From Candidatus Woesebacteria bacterium (GTDB lineage: Bacteria > Patescibacteriota > Microgenomatia > UBA8517): 64,000 nucleotides of DNA. The position numbers and the translations under genes were made by a program. Positions 9,434 through 19,011 of this stretch are shown here, piece by piece (positions within the stretch are counted from its first letter, which is position 1; every line of letters starts with the position of its first letter). The stretch is from assembly GCA_016432365.1 (NCBI GenBank), contig CP066686.1, forward strand, positions 874,918-938,917, given 5' to 3'. The notes under the pieces were generated by a model. It was not told where the DNA came from. It was given only the letters and a program-made list of their open reading frames with translations, and did no database searches.

Positions 9434-10450
9434 TTATAATTCTGAACCAACCAGTTGGGCAAGCTGTGCCTCCATTACATCGTCCATCCTGAACGCCCCC
9501 GGAGTAAAAGGATGTGGCAACCATTTTTCAACGTCTGTAGAACATGCGGACGAAACGAAAACTGTTCCATTTGTTATCCGTGACGCGTCTACTATTTCTA
9601 CCGGAAGTGGAGTTTTACTCCCCGTGTATCGCCTTAAAATCTCGTCGAGTTCCAATATAGCTTGACGGTCACGATAAAATGGCTTTGGCATATTGCCATA
9701 CGAAGCGAGAACTAATTTTGACAGTTTTAGGTGTTTTTCCGAAACAGTCCCAAGCGGATAACTATTCCTCCAATTTATAACTGCACTAAGTACGGGTGTA
9801 ATGGAGTCATAACCAACGTTGGTGTAGTGGGAACCCATCCAGGTCGCCCCGTCCTCGGAAACTAAAGCCGCGCCATAAACACCACGCTTAAGGTCTTCAG
9901 GCAAATATATGTTTACAGCAGAATCTACCGCGCCGAGCGCAATCTCTACCGCTAGTTTATCGATATTAAGCGTATCAATCTTGTCAAAATCGTCGTGTAA
10001 GAAATCTGAAAGACGTGTAAAAACAATCCCTTCAGAATTTCCAGTTAAAAGAGCCATACTTGGATCACAATACCTAAGCATTACATCACGGCAATTGCCG
10101 CAAGGGCGAGCATAACTCTCAGAAATCGGACCGGGTTTGTCTTTTTTTAAGTACCAAGCAACTGCCTCGATGGGACTAGCGGTAATATCACGTAGTCCTG
10201 ATATTGCAGCTGTCTCTCCGTGGATGAAAGCGTCACTTAACCCATATTCTTTATTTCCCCCTGCATGCATTTCACCATTAATTGATAGCGCAGCCGCACG
10301 TACATGATAACCCGATTGATATGGATAGGCCTTGCCCTCAAGTGCAAATGAGACAAGTCTTGTATATTTTTCAATCTGTTCAGAGGTCAGTTCGATTTCT
10401 ATGCTTTGATTCGAAACATAATCGGGTTGATGAAGCTGACGTCGTTCCAC
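9434..10450 (-). CDS. cdd: cytidine deaminase, two-domain (dimeric-type)
   Basis: HGETAAI ... PCGNCRDVM zinc-binding CDA motifs in the N-terminal domain, plus a second degenerate CDA-like domain, as in E. coli Cdd. Confidence 0.7.
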   Translation of the reverse strand: MERRQLHQPDYVSNQSIEIELTSEQIEKYTRLVSFALEGKAYPYQSGYHVRAAALSINGEMHAGGNKEYGLSDAFIHGETAAISGLRDITASPIEAVAWYLKKDKPGPISESYARPCGNCRDVMLRYCDPSMALLTGNSEGIVFTRLSDFLHDDFDKIDTLNIDKLAVEIALGAVDSAVNIYLPEDLKRGVYGAALVSEDGATWMGSHYTNVGYDSITPVLSAVINWRNSYPLGTVSEKHLKLSKLVLASYGNMPKPFYRDRQAILELDEILRRYTGSKTPLPVEIVDASRITNGTVFVSSACSTDVEKWLPHPFTPGAFRMDDVMEAQLAQLVGSEL

Positions 10451-10514
10451 AAATGACTTTTACAGCAGGTTGTATGTCTTGTCAATAATAAATACCTGAT
10501 ATAAAATAAGGAAC

Positions 10515-12194
10515 ATGAAGTTCGTCTTCGTGTCAGGTGGAGTTGTCTCGGGTTTAGGTAAAGGCATAACCTGCTCCTCAATCGGCGCCATTTTAGAATC
10601 CTTCGGAATCAAAGTCACCATCGTCAAAATTGATATGTACCTCAATGTTGATGCCGGTACAATAAGGCCCCAAGAGCATGGTGAAGTTTTTGTAACTGAA
10701 GATGGCCTGGAAACAGACCAGGATCTTGGGAATTACGAACGCTTTTTGAATCACTCACTTCATAGGGAAAATTACATGACCGCAGGACAAGTTTATAAAT
10801 CAGTTATCGATCGTGAACGGGCATTTGGTTATGAGGGCGAAGATGTAGAAGCCATCCCCCATGTAACCGATGAGATAACTAGTCGAATAATGGCGGCAGG
10901 GAAAATAAATAAAGCCGACGTGGTTATAATTGAACTTGGCGGAACAGTTGGCGAATATCAAAATGCAATTTTTTTTGAAGCAAGCAGAATTTTAAAGCTC
11001 AAAAAGCCGAAGGATGTTCTTCAGATACATGTAACATATCTCCCCTTCCTTAAAAATATAGGAGAACTTAAAAGCAAACCGGCTCAACAATCCGTAAAAA
11101 TTTTAAACGGCATGGGAATTCAGCCTGACTTTGTAATTACCAGAAGCGAACTTCCGATCGATCAAAAAAGAAAAGAGAAAATATCAGTATTTTGCAATGT
11201 CCGTGAAGATGAGATTATCGGTAACCCCGATTTAACAAGCATCTACGAAGTTCCGCTATATCTGGAGGAACAAAAGTTTGGTGAAAAGATAATTAAAAAA
11301 CTTGGGCTGAAGAAGAAAGCACGCAACTCCGGACTATCCAGTTGGAAAAAACTTAAAAATCAAAGGCTTAGTGCTAAAAAAGTTTTAAAAATCGCAATGG
11401 TCGGCAAATATTTTATGACCGGAAATTACAAACTGATCGACTCTTATGTTTCAGTTGTTGAGGCAATAAAACAAGCGAGCTGGGCACAAGGAGTTGATCC
11501 CGAATTTACATGGATTGACAGTACTGAATTTGAAAAAGGAAAGATGAGTCTAAAGGGGTTCGACGGAATAGTTGTTCCACAGGGCTGGGGCAGCCGAGGT
11601 ATTGAAGGAAAGCTTATGGCAGTTAGATACGCAAGAGAAAACAAGATCCCCTATCTCGGGCTTTGTTTTGGGATGCAAATGGCCACCATTGAATTCGCGA
11701 GAAATGTTTTAAAACTTAAGGGGGCAAATACAACTGAAGCAGACCCAAGAACGGGTTGTCCGATTATTCATGTAATGAATGATCAAAAAGAATATCTATT
11801 AAAAAAACAATATGGGGGAACCATTCGACTCGGCTCATGGCCTTGCAAAATAAAAGAAGGGTCATTGCTCGATAAAATCTATATGAAATACGGAACCGAT
11901 CCGTCAGCTCCCTGGTATTCTGATCGCGGTTTTAATTCGGTTCCTTCGGATACCAAAGATATAATTTACGAACGCCACAGACATCGATATGAATTTAATA
12001 ATGACTACCGTGAACAATTTGAAAAAGCAGGGTTCGTAATTTCCGGTACTTCCCCGGATGGTAAATTAGTTGAGGCGATGGAACTGGCTAATCACCCATT
12101 TTTTTTGGGAACGCAATTTCACCCTGAATATATTGCGCGTCCACACTCCCCTCACCCAATTTTCCTGGCGTTTGTAAATGCTTGTAAAAAATAG
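10515..12194 (+). CDS. pyrG: CTP synthase
   Basis: N-terminal KFVFVSGGVVSGLGKG; glutamine amidotransferase GLCFGMQ catalytic Cys; 559 aa. Confidence 0.95.
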   Translation: MKFVFVSGGVVSGLGKGITCSSIGAILESFGIKVTIVKIDMYLNVDAGTIRPQEHGEVFVTEDGLETDQDLGNYERFLNHSLHRENYMTAGQVYKSVIDRERAFGYEGEDVEAIPHVTDEITSRIMAAGKINKADVVIIELGGTVGEYQNAIFFEASRILKLKKPKDVLQIHVTYLPFLKNIGELKSKPAQQSVKILNGMGIQPDFVITRSELPIDQKRKEKISVFCNVREDEIIGNPDLTSIYEVPLYLEEQKFGEKIIKKLGLKKKARNSGLSSWKKLKNQRLSAKKVLKIAMVGKYFMTGNYKLIDSYVSVVEAIKQASWAQGVDPEFTWIDSTEFEKGKMSLKGFDGIVVPQGWGSRGIEGKLMAVRYARENKIPYLGLCFGMQMATIEFARNVLKLKGANTTEADPRTGCPIIHVMNDQKEYLLKKQYGGTIRLGSWPCKIKEGSLLDKIYMKYGTDPSAPWYSDRGFNSVPSDTKDIIYERHRHRYEFNNDYREQFEKAGFVISGTSPDGKLVEAMELANHPFFLGTQFHPEYIARPHSPHPIFLAFVNACKK

Positions 12195-12219
12195 TTAATA
12201 GTTTATCGTATTTTGAAGC

Positions 12220-12639
12220 CTACTCTGTCTTTTTCTGGGGTTTCTTAAAAACCAACAAAATTCCCAAAGTGAAGACTGTAATCATATCCAGTTGGCACAA
12301 TATGCAAACAGGACAGACTACACGAAGTTCAAAAAGCTCACGAAAGGCAATATATAGACAAAATGCCAAACCAAATGTCGCCATACCTAGAACCAACTTC
12401 GCATTTTTCTTGAATGCAGCAAAAAGTATGATGACATAACCAACTAGCCCAATTAAGGGCGTGGGGATTCCGAGAGTGTTTGAAACTTCTCCGGAAATCA
12501 CTGCATCGCAATTAACAGTAGCATTTATATTGCATGGTTGGAAACTTGGTTGAAAATACCTCTCCCAAAGAAGAAAAAGGGCCAAAAAAATTCCAACAAA
12601 GGCTAATATCTTTATCCAGTCAAAATATTTATTATTCAT
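12220..12639 (-). CDS. vitamin K epoxide reductase (VKOR) family protein
   Basis: Four-TM protein with CPVC redox motif and a conserved Cys pair in the loop (CNINATVNCD). Confidence 0.65.
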   Translation of the reverse strand: MNNKYFDWIKILAFVGIFLALFLLWERYFQPSFQPCNINATVNCDAVISGEVSNTLGIPTPLIGLVGYVIILFAAFKKNAKLVLGMATFGLAFCLYIAFRELFELRVVCPVCILCQLDMITVFTLGILLVFKKPQKKTE

Positions 12640-12646
12640 CTAAAAA

Positions 12647-13171
12647 TTATTTTACCACAAAAGTCCCTGTCATCCCTAAACTTTTATGACTTCCTACTGA
12701 ACAATAGAATTCAAAACTCCCTGCTTTGTCGGCCACGAACTGAAGCTGAGCCTCGGATCCACTGCCTATTATCTTTGTTGATAGATTGTATCCATCTATA
12801 CCCAGATTGTGCCTGCCGTCATTATCTTTAAAAGTAATTTTTACTATATCGCCTTTATTTACAACGATTGTTTCAGGATCAAACTTGTAGCTGCTTCCAT
12901 TAACTGTAAATTCTTTAACAGGACCACCCGAAATACTTTTTACATTAGCCAAATCGTTTGAAGACTGTGTTTTTGTTTTACTGAAAAGAAAACCGGCCAT
13001 ACCCAAAACAACCAGTACAACTACAACAACTAACAATTTTGTTGATTTTTTATTTTCCGGTGATCCGTTCGATTCTTCCACTCTGGGTAAATTGTAGCAC
13101 GAATCACCGGCAAGTGGTTTCAAAATTTGTTGTTTGCCCTCGCATAAATGCTTGGGGAAATCTTCATCCAT
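12647..13171 (-). CDS. membrane-anchored cupredoxin (type-1 copper) domain protein
   Basis: N-terminal TM helix; C-terminal C-x2-H-x4-M copper ligand pattern (YCSVGSHKSLGM) with upstream His (GRHNLG). Confidence 0.5.
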   Translation of the reverse strand: MDEDFPKHLCEGKQQILKPLAGDSCYNLPRVEESNGSPENKKSTKLLVVVVVLVVLGMAGFLFSKTKTQSSNDLANVKSISGGPVKEFTVNGSSYKFDPETIVVNKGDIVKITFKDNDGRHNLGIDGYNLSTKIIGSGSEAQLQFVADKAGSFEFYCSVGSHKSLGMTGTFVVK

Positions 13172-13211
13172 CGCGCTGGCGCGCGAGGTTTTAAGATTTG
13201 TTGTTATAAAG

Positions 13212-13589
13212 ATGCAATTGCACGGGTGTATAATGAAGGCGAGAATGTTAAGTCACGAACATTATTTGAGCGAAGGCCTCGTTTGCCACTATCTTATAGA
13301 AAATGCGGACAGAATCGCAAGAGTACGAGATCCAAAAAAAAGAAGTGTCCAGTGTGAAGAATACGCAAGAATAATTTTAGTACCCCTTGCGGCACACGGT
13401 ATTCCCGTTTCTTTGTTGGAACGAATTAAAATAGATTTTGTAAGACCTCAAAGAAATTCAGAGCTTGATAACATTAACAGAGAGTCTGGAATTCTTAAAA
13501 CAGTCAGGGAAACTATTGAGCAAGAATTTGGTCAGGAGTTATCAAGAAGGGTGTCTTTAGTGTTAAGTCCTGAAAAACATCAGTCATGA
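13212..13589 (+). CDS. hypothetical protein
   Basis: ORF only. Start moved to an internal Met to avoid overlap with 12647..13171. Confidence 0.2.
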   Translation: MQLHGCIMKARMLSHEHYLSEGLVCHYLIENADRIARVRDPKKRSVQCEEYARIILVPLAAHGIPVSLLERIKIDFVRPQRNSELDNINRESGILKTVRETIEQEFGQELSRRVSLVLSPEKHQS

Positions 13590-14468
13590 ACGCAAAGAGA
13601 AAATAGCTTTTTTCAAAGCAGGAGCTACGTTCACGATTTCAAATTTTTTAGAAAGACCTTCGACAGGTTTAATAGAATCTGTAGTTATTATCTTTTTGAT
13701 TAGATTGCTGCGATCCAGCTTTTTCCAACCACCTCCGCCATAGTCCATGTGAACCGAGGCTACATAGATGTCATTTGCACCGTTTTTCCTAAGAGATTTT
13801 GCTGCTGAAAGAATCGTTCCTCCGGATTGAACCATGTCGTCTACAACTACGACGTTTAAGTCTTTAACATTGCCCGTAATTTGTAACACCTCAACGTTTG
13901 TATGAGACAAGCGATTTTTTTTAATAGTCACAATATTTTTTTTACCCAAATAACCGGCAAATTCTTTTGCCCTGGCCACTCCCCCTTCGTCTGGGGAAAC
14001 GATCTCAAAATTTTTTAAACTTTTAAAATTTTCGGCCAACCCGTTAATAAAACTGACATGCATGACGGGGGTCTTGAAAAACTTTTCGAGTCTGATGCTG
14101 TGAAGATTCATTACAAGAATATCTTTAAGTTTTTTCCCACCCAATGCCTCTATTGTATTTATCAACGCCCTGGAACTTATTGATTGCCCCGATATTTTCT
14201 CCACATCACTTTTGGCATAACCGAGATAAGGAACAGCTATTGAAACCTTTCTGGCCCCGTTATGCACAACGGTGTCCAAAGTGAGTAAAAGTTCAATTAA
14301 ATTCTCTGCCGGCGGTTGGGTAGAACCAATAATGACCACCTCTTTATTTTTGACATCTTCGCCCAACGTAACAGACACTTCACCATCCGGAAATCTTCCG
14401 CATATAAGTTCTCCGTTATCCAAACCCAAGTGCTTGCTACTGCTTATGGCCAAAATTATTTTTTTCAC
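13584..14468 (-). CDS. prs: ribose-phosphate pyrophosphokinase
   Basis: PRPP-binding VVVDDMVQSGGT motif; 294 aa. Confidence 0.9.
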   Translation of the reverse strand: MKKIILAISSSKHLGLDNGELICGRFPDGEVSVTLGEDVKNKEVVIIGSTQPPAENLIELLLTLDTVVHNGARKVSIAVPYLGYAKSDVEKISGQSISSRALINTIEALGGKKLKDILVMNLHSIRLEKFFKTPVMHVSFINGLAENFKSLKNFEIVSPDEGGVARAKEFAGYLGKKNIVTIKKNRLSHTNVEVLQITGNVKDLNVVVVDDMVQSGGTILSAAKSLRKNGANDIYVASVHMDYGGGGWKKLDRSNLIKKIITTDSIKPVEGLSKKFEIVNVAPALKKAIFSLRS

Positions 14469-14575
14469 AATAGCATTATATATTAATACTCTTTACGTCT
14501 ACTATATTTGGATATGGTCTTATGCCTTAAAAATCAAGAGTTGATTTTGAGTTCGTCTTTAGCGAAAATTGGAGT

Positions 14576-14899
14576 ATGACAAAATACAAAGAATACTTTA
14601 ACCGAATGGTTGAAGAAAATAAGGAGGCTTTTGACAAATTTACTCAGAAGCATTTTGAATATTCCACAGACGAGGACAAATTTCAGGCGGAATTTAACCA
14701 GGCCGGAGAGGAAATCTTAAAAATAATTCACGAATGGGAAGACAGGCTGTGCAAAACTTCAGAAAAAGCCGGTTTTAGCAGTTATACGGGAAACCTCGCG
14801 GAAAAATTTCAAGAAGAAATTCGGGGCCATTTTCCCTTGATCGATCACGTAGGTATTATCGTAAAGCCTGCATTTTCCCTCAAGAAGATTAAGCTCTAA
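14576..14899 (+). CDS. hypothetical protein (107 aa)
   Basis: ORF only. Confidence 0.3.
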   Translation: MTKYKEYFNRMVEENKEAFDKFTQKHFEYSTDEDKFQAEFNQAGEEILKIIHEWEDRLCKTSEKAGFSSYTGNLAEKFQEEIRGHFPLIDHVGIIVKPAFSLKKIKL

Positions 14900-16107
14900 A
14901 GAGCTATTAATATTGAGGCAAGTATTACAAGCACCCCTACTCCGCCGGCAATAACTGTTGGCCAATCGGTACCCGTAACAGGAATCGGACGAGGGGTAGC
15001 ACCGGTTCCCGATGAACCGGTTGGGGTAGCTGTAGCGGTTGCAGTAGCAGTTGCAGTAGCAGTAGCTGTGGCTGTAGCGGTTGCAGTAGCAGTTGCAGTA
15101 GCAGTAGCTGTGGCTGTAGCGGTTGCAGTAGCAGTTGCAGTAGCGCTTGCAGGACAACTAACAACCAAGTTGTCGTATGTCACGGTAGCGGTGTTTGAAG
15201 TTGCACCTAAAGCCAGACCCGAAAACGTAAAGTTCACATCGTCAGTGATTGTACCGGTGAAAGTTTTTACTAAAACATAATCTGCCGTAGTTTTATACCA
15301 AAGCGTAAAAACACCGGACTTTCGTTCGACCTTAAAACTAACCGGACCTGAGGTGATATCAACACTAGCACTATCGTTGCCGGTAGTCGCTATATTTCCC
15401 CCAACCTTACTTACACCTCTAAAAACACCAAAATTATATTGATTGGCCGCCATAAAAACAACCATGCCATTTCCTCCTTGGCCGGTTACTGCTATAGACG
15501 GAGAGTCAAAAGTTACTGAAAAGTCCCCACTAAGCTTATTAAGCATTGTTATACCGGAAGTTTCACCAGACTTAATAACCATAGACAACTGACCGGACAC
15601 AATACTAGCATTATTTCCTACATGCCATTTAGTTGTGTCTATAGTGGATGAGGAAAAAGTTTCAGAAAATCCTGCCGAACAAACCAGCGTCCCACCGGTT
15701 CCGGGCGAAGCTGTCGCTGCAGCACACTTAGCCATGTCTGTTGTCCAAGCCCCACCCACAGATGGACAACAATATTCATCCCCTCCACACGACCCGATTT
15801 TACCAACTCTGTTACAAACCTGTTCATCAGGAGACCCGTCTGCCTGAGCAGGGGTACAATTTCTTAAATGTGACGGGTTGCCAGTAACGGGACATTGCTC
15901 GTCAGCGGGACATACAGGTACCGCAGCTTTCTCCTGAATGTTTTGCCTTTGTCGTACTAGAAGAACTCCGGCTACGACGCTAAGAATCAAAAATACAACA
16001 ACCAAAACCGCTACAAGCACACCTTTTTTGCCAAAACTTTTACTTTTTTTAGAAGTTACGATTTCGAACGGAGAGGCAGCTTTCTGATTTGTATTTTGAT
16101 CGGGCAT
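14896..16107 (-). CDS. cell-surface protein with Cys-rich region, lectin/glucanase-like beta domain, (Ala-Thr)n linker and C-terminal TM anchor
   Basis: N-terminal TM/signal-anchor, a Cys cluster, an (AT)x22 run, then PVTGTDWPTVIAGGVGVLVILASILIAL as C-terminal hydrophobic anchor. Confidence 0.5.
   Translation of the reverse strand: MPDQNTNQKAASPFEIVTSKKSKSFGKKGVLVAVLVVVFLILSVVAGVLLVRQRQNIQEKAAVPVCPADEQCPVTGNPSHLRNCTPAQADGSPDEQVCNRVGKIGSCGGDEYCCPSVGGAWTTDMAKCAAATASPGTGGTLVCSAGFSETFSSSTIDTTKWHVGNNASIVSGQLSMVIKSGETSGITMLNKLSGDFSVTFDSPSIAVTGQGGNGMVVFMAANQYNFGVFRGVSKVGGNIATTGNDSASVDITSGPVSFKVERKSGVFTLWYKTTADYVLVKTFTGTITDDVNFTFSGLALGATSNTATVTYDNLVVSCPASATATATATATATATATATATATATATATATATATATATATPTGSSGTGATPRPIPVTGTDWPTVIAGGVGVLVILASILIAL
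15029..15150. repeat. 42-bp tandem repeat, about 2.9 copies (encodes the (Ala-Thr)n linker on the minus strand)
   Basis: Unit gctgtagcggttgcagtagcagttgcagtagcagtagctgtg repeated head-to-tail. Alternate-frame ORFs 14759..15157 and 15068..15280 are artefacts of this repeat. Confidence 0.8.
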
Positions 16108-16160
16108 ATTAAATCATCATACAATGTTTTTTAATGAGTGGTCAACAAGATCCTGTAACA

Positions 16161-17543
16161 TCATTTAACTGAGTCATCATTGGTCTCAAATCCCGCGTCT
16201 TCAATCTGCTTTCTGATTTTGTCTGCCTCTTCAAACTTTTTTTCTTTCCTCAACTGTTCTCTTTTAGAAATTAGGATTTGAATATTGTTTGGAATTTCGG
16301 ATTTAGAATTTTGGATTAGGCCTAAATTTAGGCCTAATACTTCATCAAAACTCATGGCAAGATCATATTTATCCTCCGATGGAATATTGCTTTTCAGCAT
16401 CTCCCAAACTATAGCCAACGACTGAGAAATGTTAATGTCATCCGCAAGAGCAGCCATGAACTTATTTCTAAATTCATCGATCTTATTTTCTTTTTCTTCA
16501 GATAACATAGTTCTATCGGACTGAGACCGGAGGCCAGCAACTTGGTCTCTCAAATTATTGAGTGCATTCTGGGCAGCATCCAAAGATTCAAAAGAAAAAT
16601 TAATTCCCTTTTTATAATGAGAGGTTAAAATTAAATATCTCATTGCAAGTGGATCATACCCTTTCTCCAAAAGGTCCTGAGCAGTAACAAAATTTCCCAG
16701 AGATTTACTCATTTTTTCTCCCCCCTTACCCATAAGCCAACCGTTATGGAGCCAATAGTTGGCGGTTCTTTTGCCGAACGCCGCGAAACCCTGCGCTATT
16801 TCGTTCGTATGATGAACCGCAATATGTTCAACCCCCCCAGTATGAATATCAAAATTATTACCTAAATATTTTGTAGACATTGCGGTGCACTCAATATGCC
16901 AACCCGGGTAACCTTCACCCCAAGGGCTAGACCACTTCATAATATGATTTGGGTTTATCGCCCAAAGGAAAAAGTCCCAAGGAAGTTTTTTGTCGGGATC
17001 GATTTCTACATCACTTCTGGTTTTGGTTTCTTCTAAATTCAGATTGCCAAACTTGGCATAATCCGGAAATTTCGAAGTGTCATAGATTAAACCTTTTTTT
17101 GTAGTGTAAGTAAAACCGTTTTTTTCAATTAACTGATTTAATTTAATTTGTTCAGGAATGTTTTCAGTTGCCCGGCATAAAACATCGGGTGGATTTATTC
17201 CCAAAAGTTTCATACTGTCTTTAAATTGATTTATATATTTATCGGCAATTTCCCAAACCGTAAGACCTTCACGTTTGGCACCTTTTTCCATCTTGTCTTC
17301 GCCCAAATCTTCATCAGAAGTCATGTGTCCAACATCTGTTACATTCATCACCCATTTGACATCGTTACCAACAAAACGGAGGAATCGTACCAAAATATCC
17401 CACTGAACATAGGCATACATGTGTCCGATATGTTGATTCCAATACACTGTGGGGCCGCATGAATAAATTCCAACTTTACCTGAAGTATTTTGGACAAACT
17501 TTTCTTTTTTTCTTGTAAGTGAATTGGTTAAATAAATATCCAT
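16161..17543 (-). CDS. cysS: cysteinyl-tRNA synthetase
   Basis: YSCGPTVY...HIGH and KMSKS class I motifs; 460 aa. Confidence 0.95.
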   Translation of the reverse strand: MDIYLTNSLTRKKEKFVQNTSGKVGIYSCGPTVYWNQHIGHMYAYVQWDILVRFLRFVGNDVKWVMNVTDVGHMTSDEDLGEDKMEKGAKREGLTVWEIADKYINQFKDSMKLLGINPPDVLCRATENIPEQIKLNQLIEKNGFTYTTKKGLIYDTSKFPDYAKFGNLNLEETKTRSDVEIDPDKKLPWDFFLWAINPNHIMKWSSPWGEGYPGWHIECTAMSTKYLGNNFDIHTGGVEHIAVHHTNEIAQGFAAFGKRTANYWLHNGWLMGKGGEKMSKSLGNFVTAQDLLEKGYDPLAMRYLILTSHYKKGINFSFESLDAAQNALNNLRDQVAGLRSQSDRTMLSEEKENKIDEFRNKFMAALADDINISQSLAIVWEMLKSNIPSEDKYDLAMSFDEVLGLNLGLIQNSKSEIPNNIQILISKREQLRKEKKFEEADKIRKQIEDAGFETNDDSVK

Positions 17544-17559
17544 AACTGATTATATATCA

Positions 17560-17672
17560 GAAATGCGAAGCACGAAATCCGAAATCCTAAACAAACATCA
17601 AATACAAATGTTTCAAATTTTAAATTTATAATTTTGACATTGTTTCGAATTTCGATTTTCGATATTCGAATT
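17560..17672. repeat. interspersed repeat element, family A, copy 1 (about 110 bp)
   Basis: cgaagcacgaaatccgaaatcctaaacaaa ... ttcgaatttcgattttcgatattcgaattt. The reverse complement recurs at 61866..61976, with an identical 30-mer core. Confidence 0.7.
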
Positions 17673-18226
17673 TATCCTGAGGGTGGAACCGGTTTTTCTA
17701 CTCTAGTCTGTTGTTTTTCTGCTTCCTGCTTTTGCCCCCCGCCCATTTTTCTTCCTTTTTTGGCAGTACCGAATAACGAGCCGCCACCCTGAGACTCAGC
17801 GTACTCTTGTTGTTTCTTTTGAAATGCTACAGCTTCCATTTGGGCTTTGAGTACTTGCTTTTGTTCCATTGAAAGCTCCGAATAATCCTCCAGTGGAATT
17901 ATTTCTCCATCAGTAATTCTGGCTTGAAGATCTTTGAAAATATCCTGTTTATGAATGTCCCCCAACTCCCTCTCCAAAGCTTCAATTAACCTGCTGCTTT
18001 TCATCTTGTCCTGAATTTCCTGCTGGTGATGAATAAGTTTTGCTTGATCCTCTTGGGTTTGGGGTTGTGATTGTGGCTGAAATTCACCCGAACTCCGTTT
18101 TTCTTCCCCCGTCACCTGAGAGCCTGCGGTCTTAAGTACCTCCAATGGCTCCCGAGCCATTTGTTTGGCAATCTGTTGGGCCAGGCTTTTAGCCGATTGT
18201 CCTACTTGTTTGGCAGTACCATTCAT
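17672..18226 (-). CDS. hypothetical Gln/Glu-rich protein
   Basis: ORF. Start set at the internal Met (MNGTAKQ) so it does not overlap recR. Confidence 0.3.
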   Translation of the reverse strand: MNGTAKQVGQSAKSLAQQIAKQMAREPLEVLKTAGSQVTGEEKRSSGEFQPQSQPQTQEDQAKLIHHQQEIQDKMKSSRLIEALERELGDIHKQDIFKDLQARITDGEIIPLEDYSELSMEQKQVLKAQMEAVAFQKKQQEYAESQGGGSLFGTAKKGRKMGGGQKQEAEKQQTRVEKPVPPSG

Positions 18227-18236
18227 AATTCTTAAT

Positions 18237-18875
18237 TTATAACTCACGCCTGCCCTCGAGCGCTTGCGTAAGTGTTGTCTCATCAGCATATTCCAAATCT
18301 GCGCCCGTTGGAATACCCATCCCAAGTCTACTAATTTTGACTTTTGCATTTTGAATTTTGACTTTTTTATCTAGATACATGGCAGTAGCATTCCCTTCCA
18401 TAGTTGGATTTGTCGCAATGATTATTTCTTCCACCAGGGCTTTGTCTGGCCAAGCTTTGCTTACTCTTCCACTCTCCTGCTCTTTTACTCTCTTCAATAG
18501 ATCGTCAATATATAATTCATCCGGTCCAATGTTTTCCAATGGATTAATCGCGCCATGAAGAACATGGTAAACCCCTTTAAAATGAGTTCTTTCGAATGCA
18601 AGAATATCCAATGGTTGTTCAACCACCATCACTAACGATTTGTCCCGCATTGGATCTGTACAAATCGGGCAAGGGTCGTCTTCACTAATATTTTTACATA
18701 TTGAACAAAGTTTTGTATTTTTCTTTAAGTTCATAACGGAGTCGGCAAACTCGTCGAGTTGGATTTGGGGAACATGCAAAAGATAGTAAGTAAGGCGCTG
18801 AGCACTCTTTGGCCCGATTCCGGGAAGTTTACTAAAAGATTCAATTAGAGCTGTAATGGGACGTGCAATCTTCAT
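18237..18875 (-). CDS. recR: recombination protein RecR
   Basis: HhH motif (LPGIGPKSAQRL), C4 zinc finger (CSICKN...CPIC), Toprim region, C-terminal GMGIPTGADLEYADETTL. Confidence 0.9.
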   Translation of the reverse strand: MKIARPITALIESFSKLPGIGPKSAQRLTYYLLHVPQIQLDEFADSVMNLKKNTKLCSICKNISEDDPCPICTDPMRDKSLVMVVEQPLDILAFERTHFKGVYHVLHGAINPLENIGPDELYIDDLLKRVKEQESGRVSKAWPDKALVEEIIIATNPTMEGNATAMYLDKKVKIQNAKVKISRLGMGIPTGADLEYADETTLTQALEGRREL

Positions 18876-19011
18876 TAGGTCATTCTATCAAATAGAATTA
18901 ATAAGCAAATAAACAAATTCATAATAAACAAATAAATTACAAATTATTAAATGTCATATGAATTAATTCATTTGAAGATTTATTTGTAGATTGGGTTATT
19001 GGCAGATTTGC

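Noticed and set aside
14759-15280. Cys/Tyr-rich ORF 14759..15157 (-), Leu/Gln-rich ORF 14937..15164 (-) and 'MAVAVAV…' ORF 15068..15280 (+)
   Set aside because: All are alternate-frame translations of the 42-bp tandem repeat inside the real surface-protein gene (14896..16107). Periodic DNA gives long open frames in several phases.
18335-18372. Family-B repeat copy as a mobile insertion in recR
   Set aside because: The tract only adds about 3 residues relative to typical RecR and could equally be AT-rich Lys-codon bias. It is mentioned only as supporting context, not as an independent feature.
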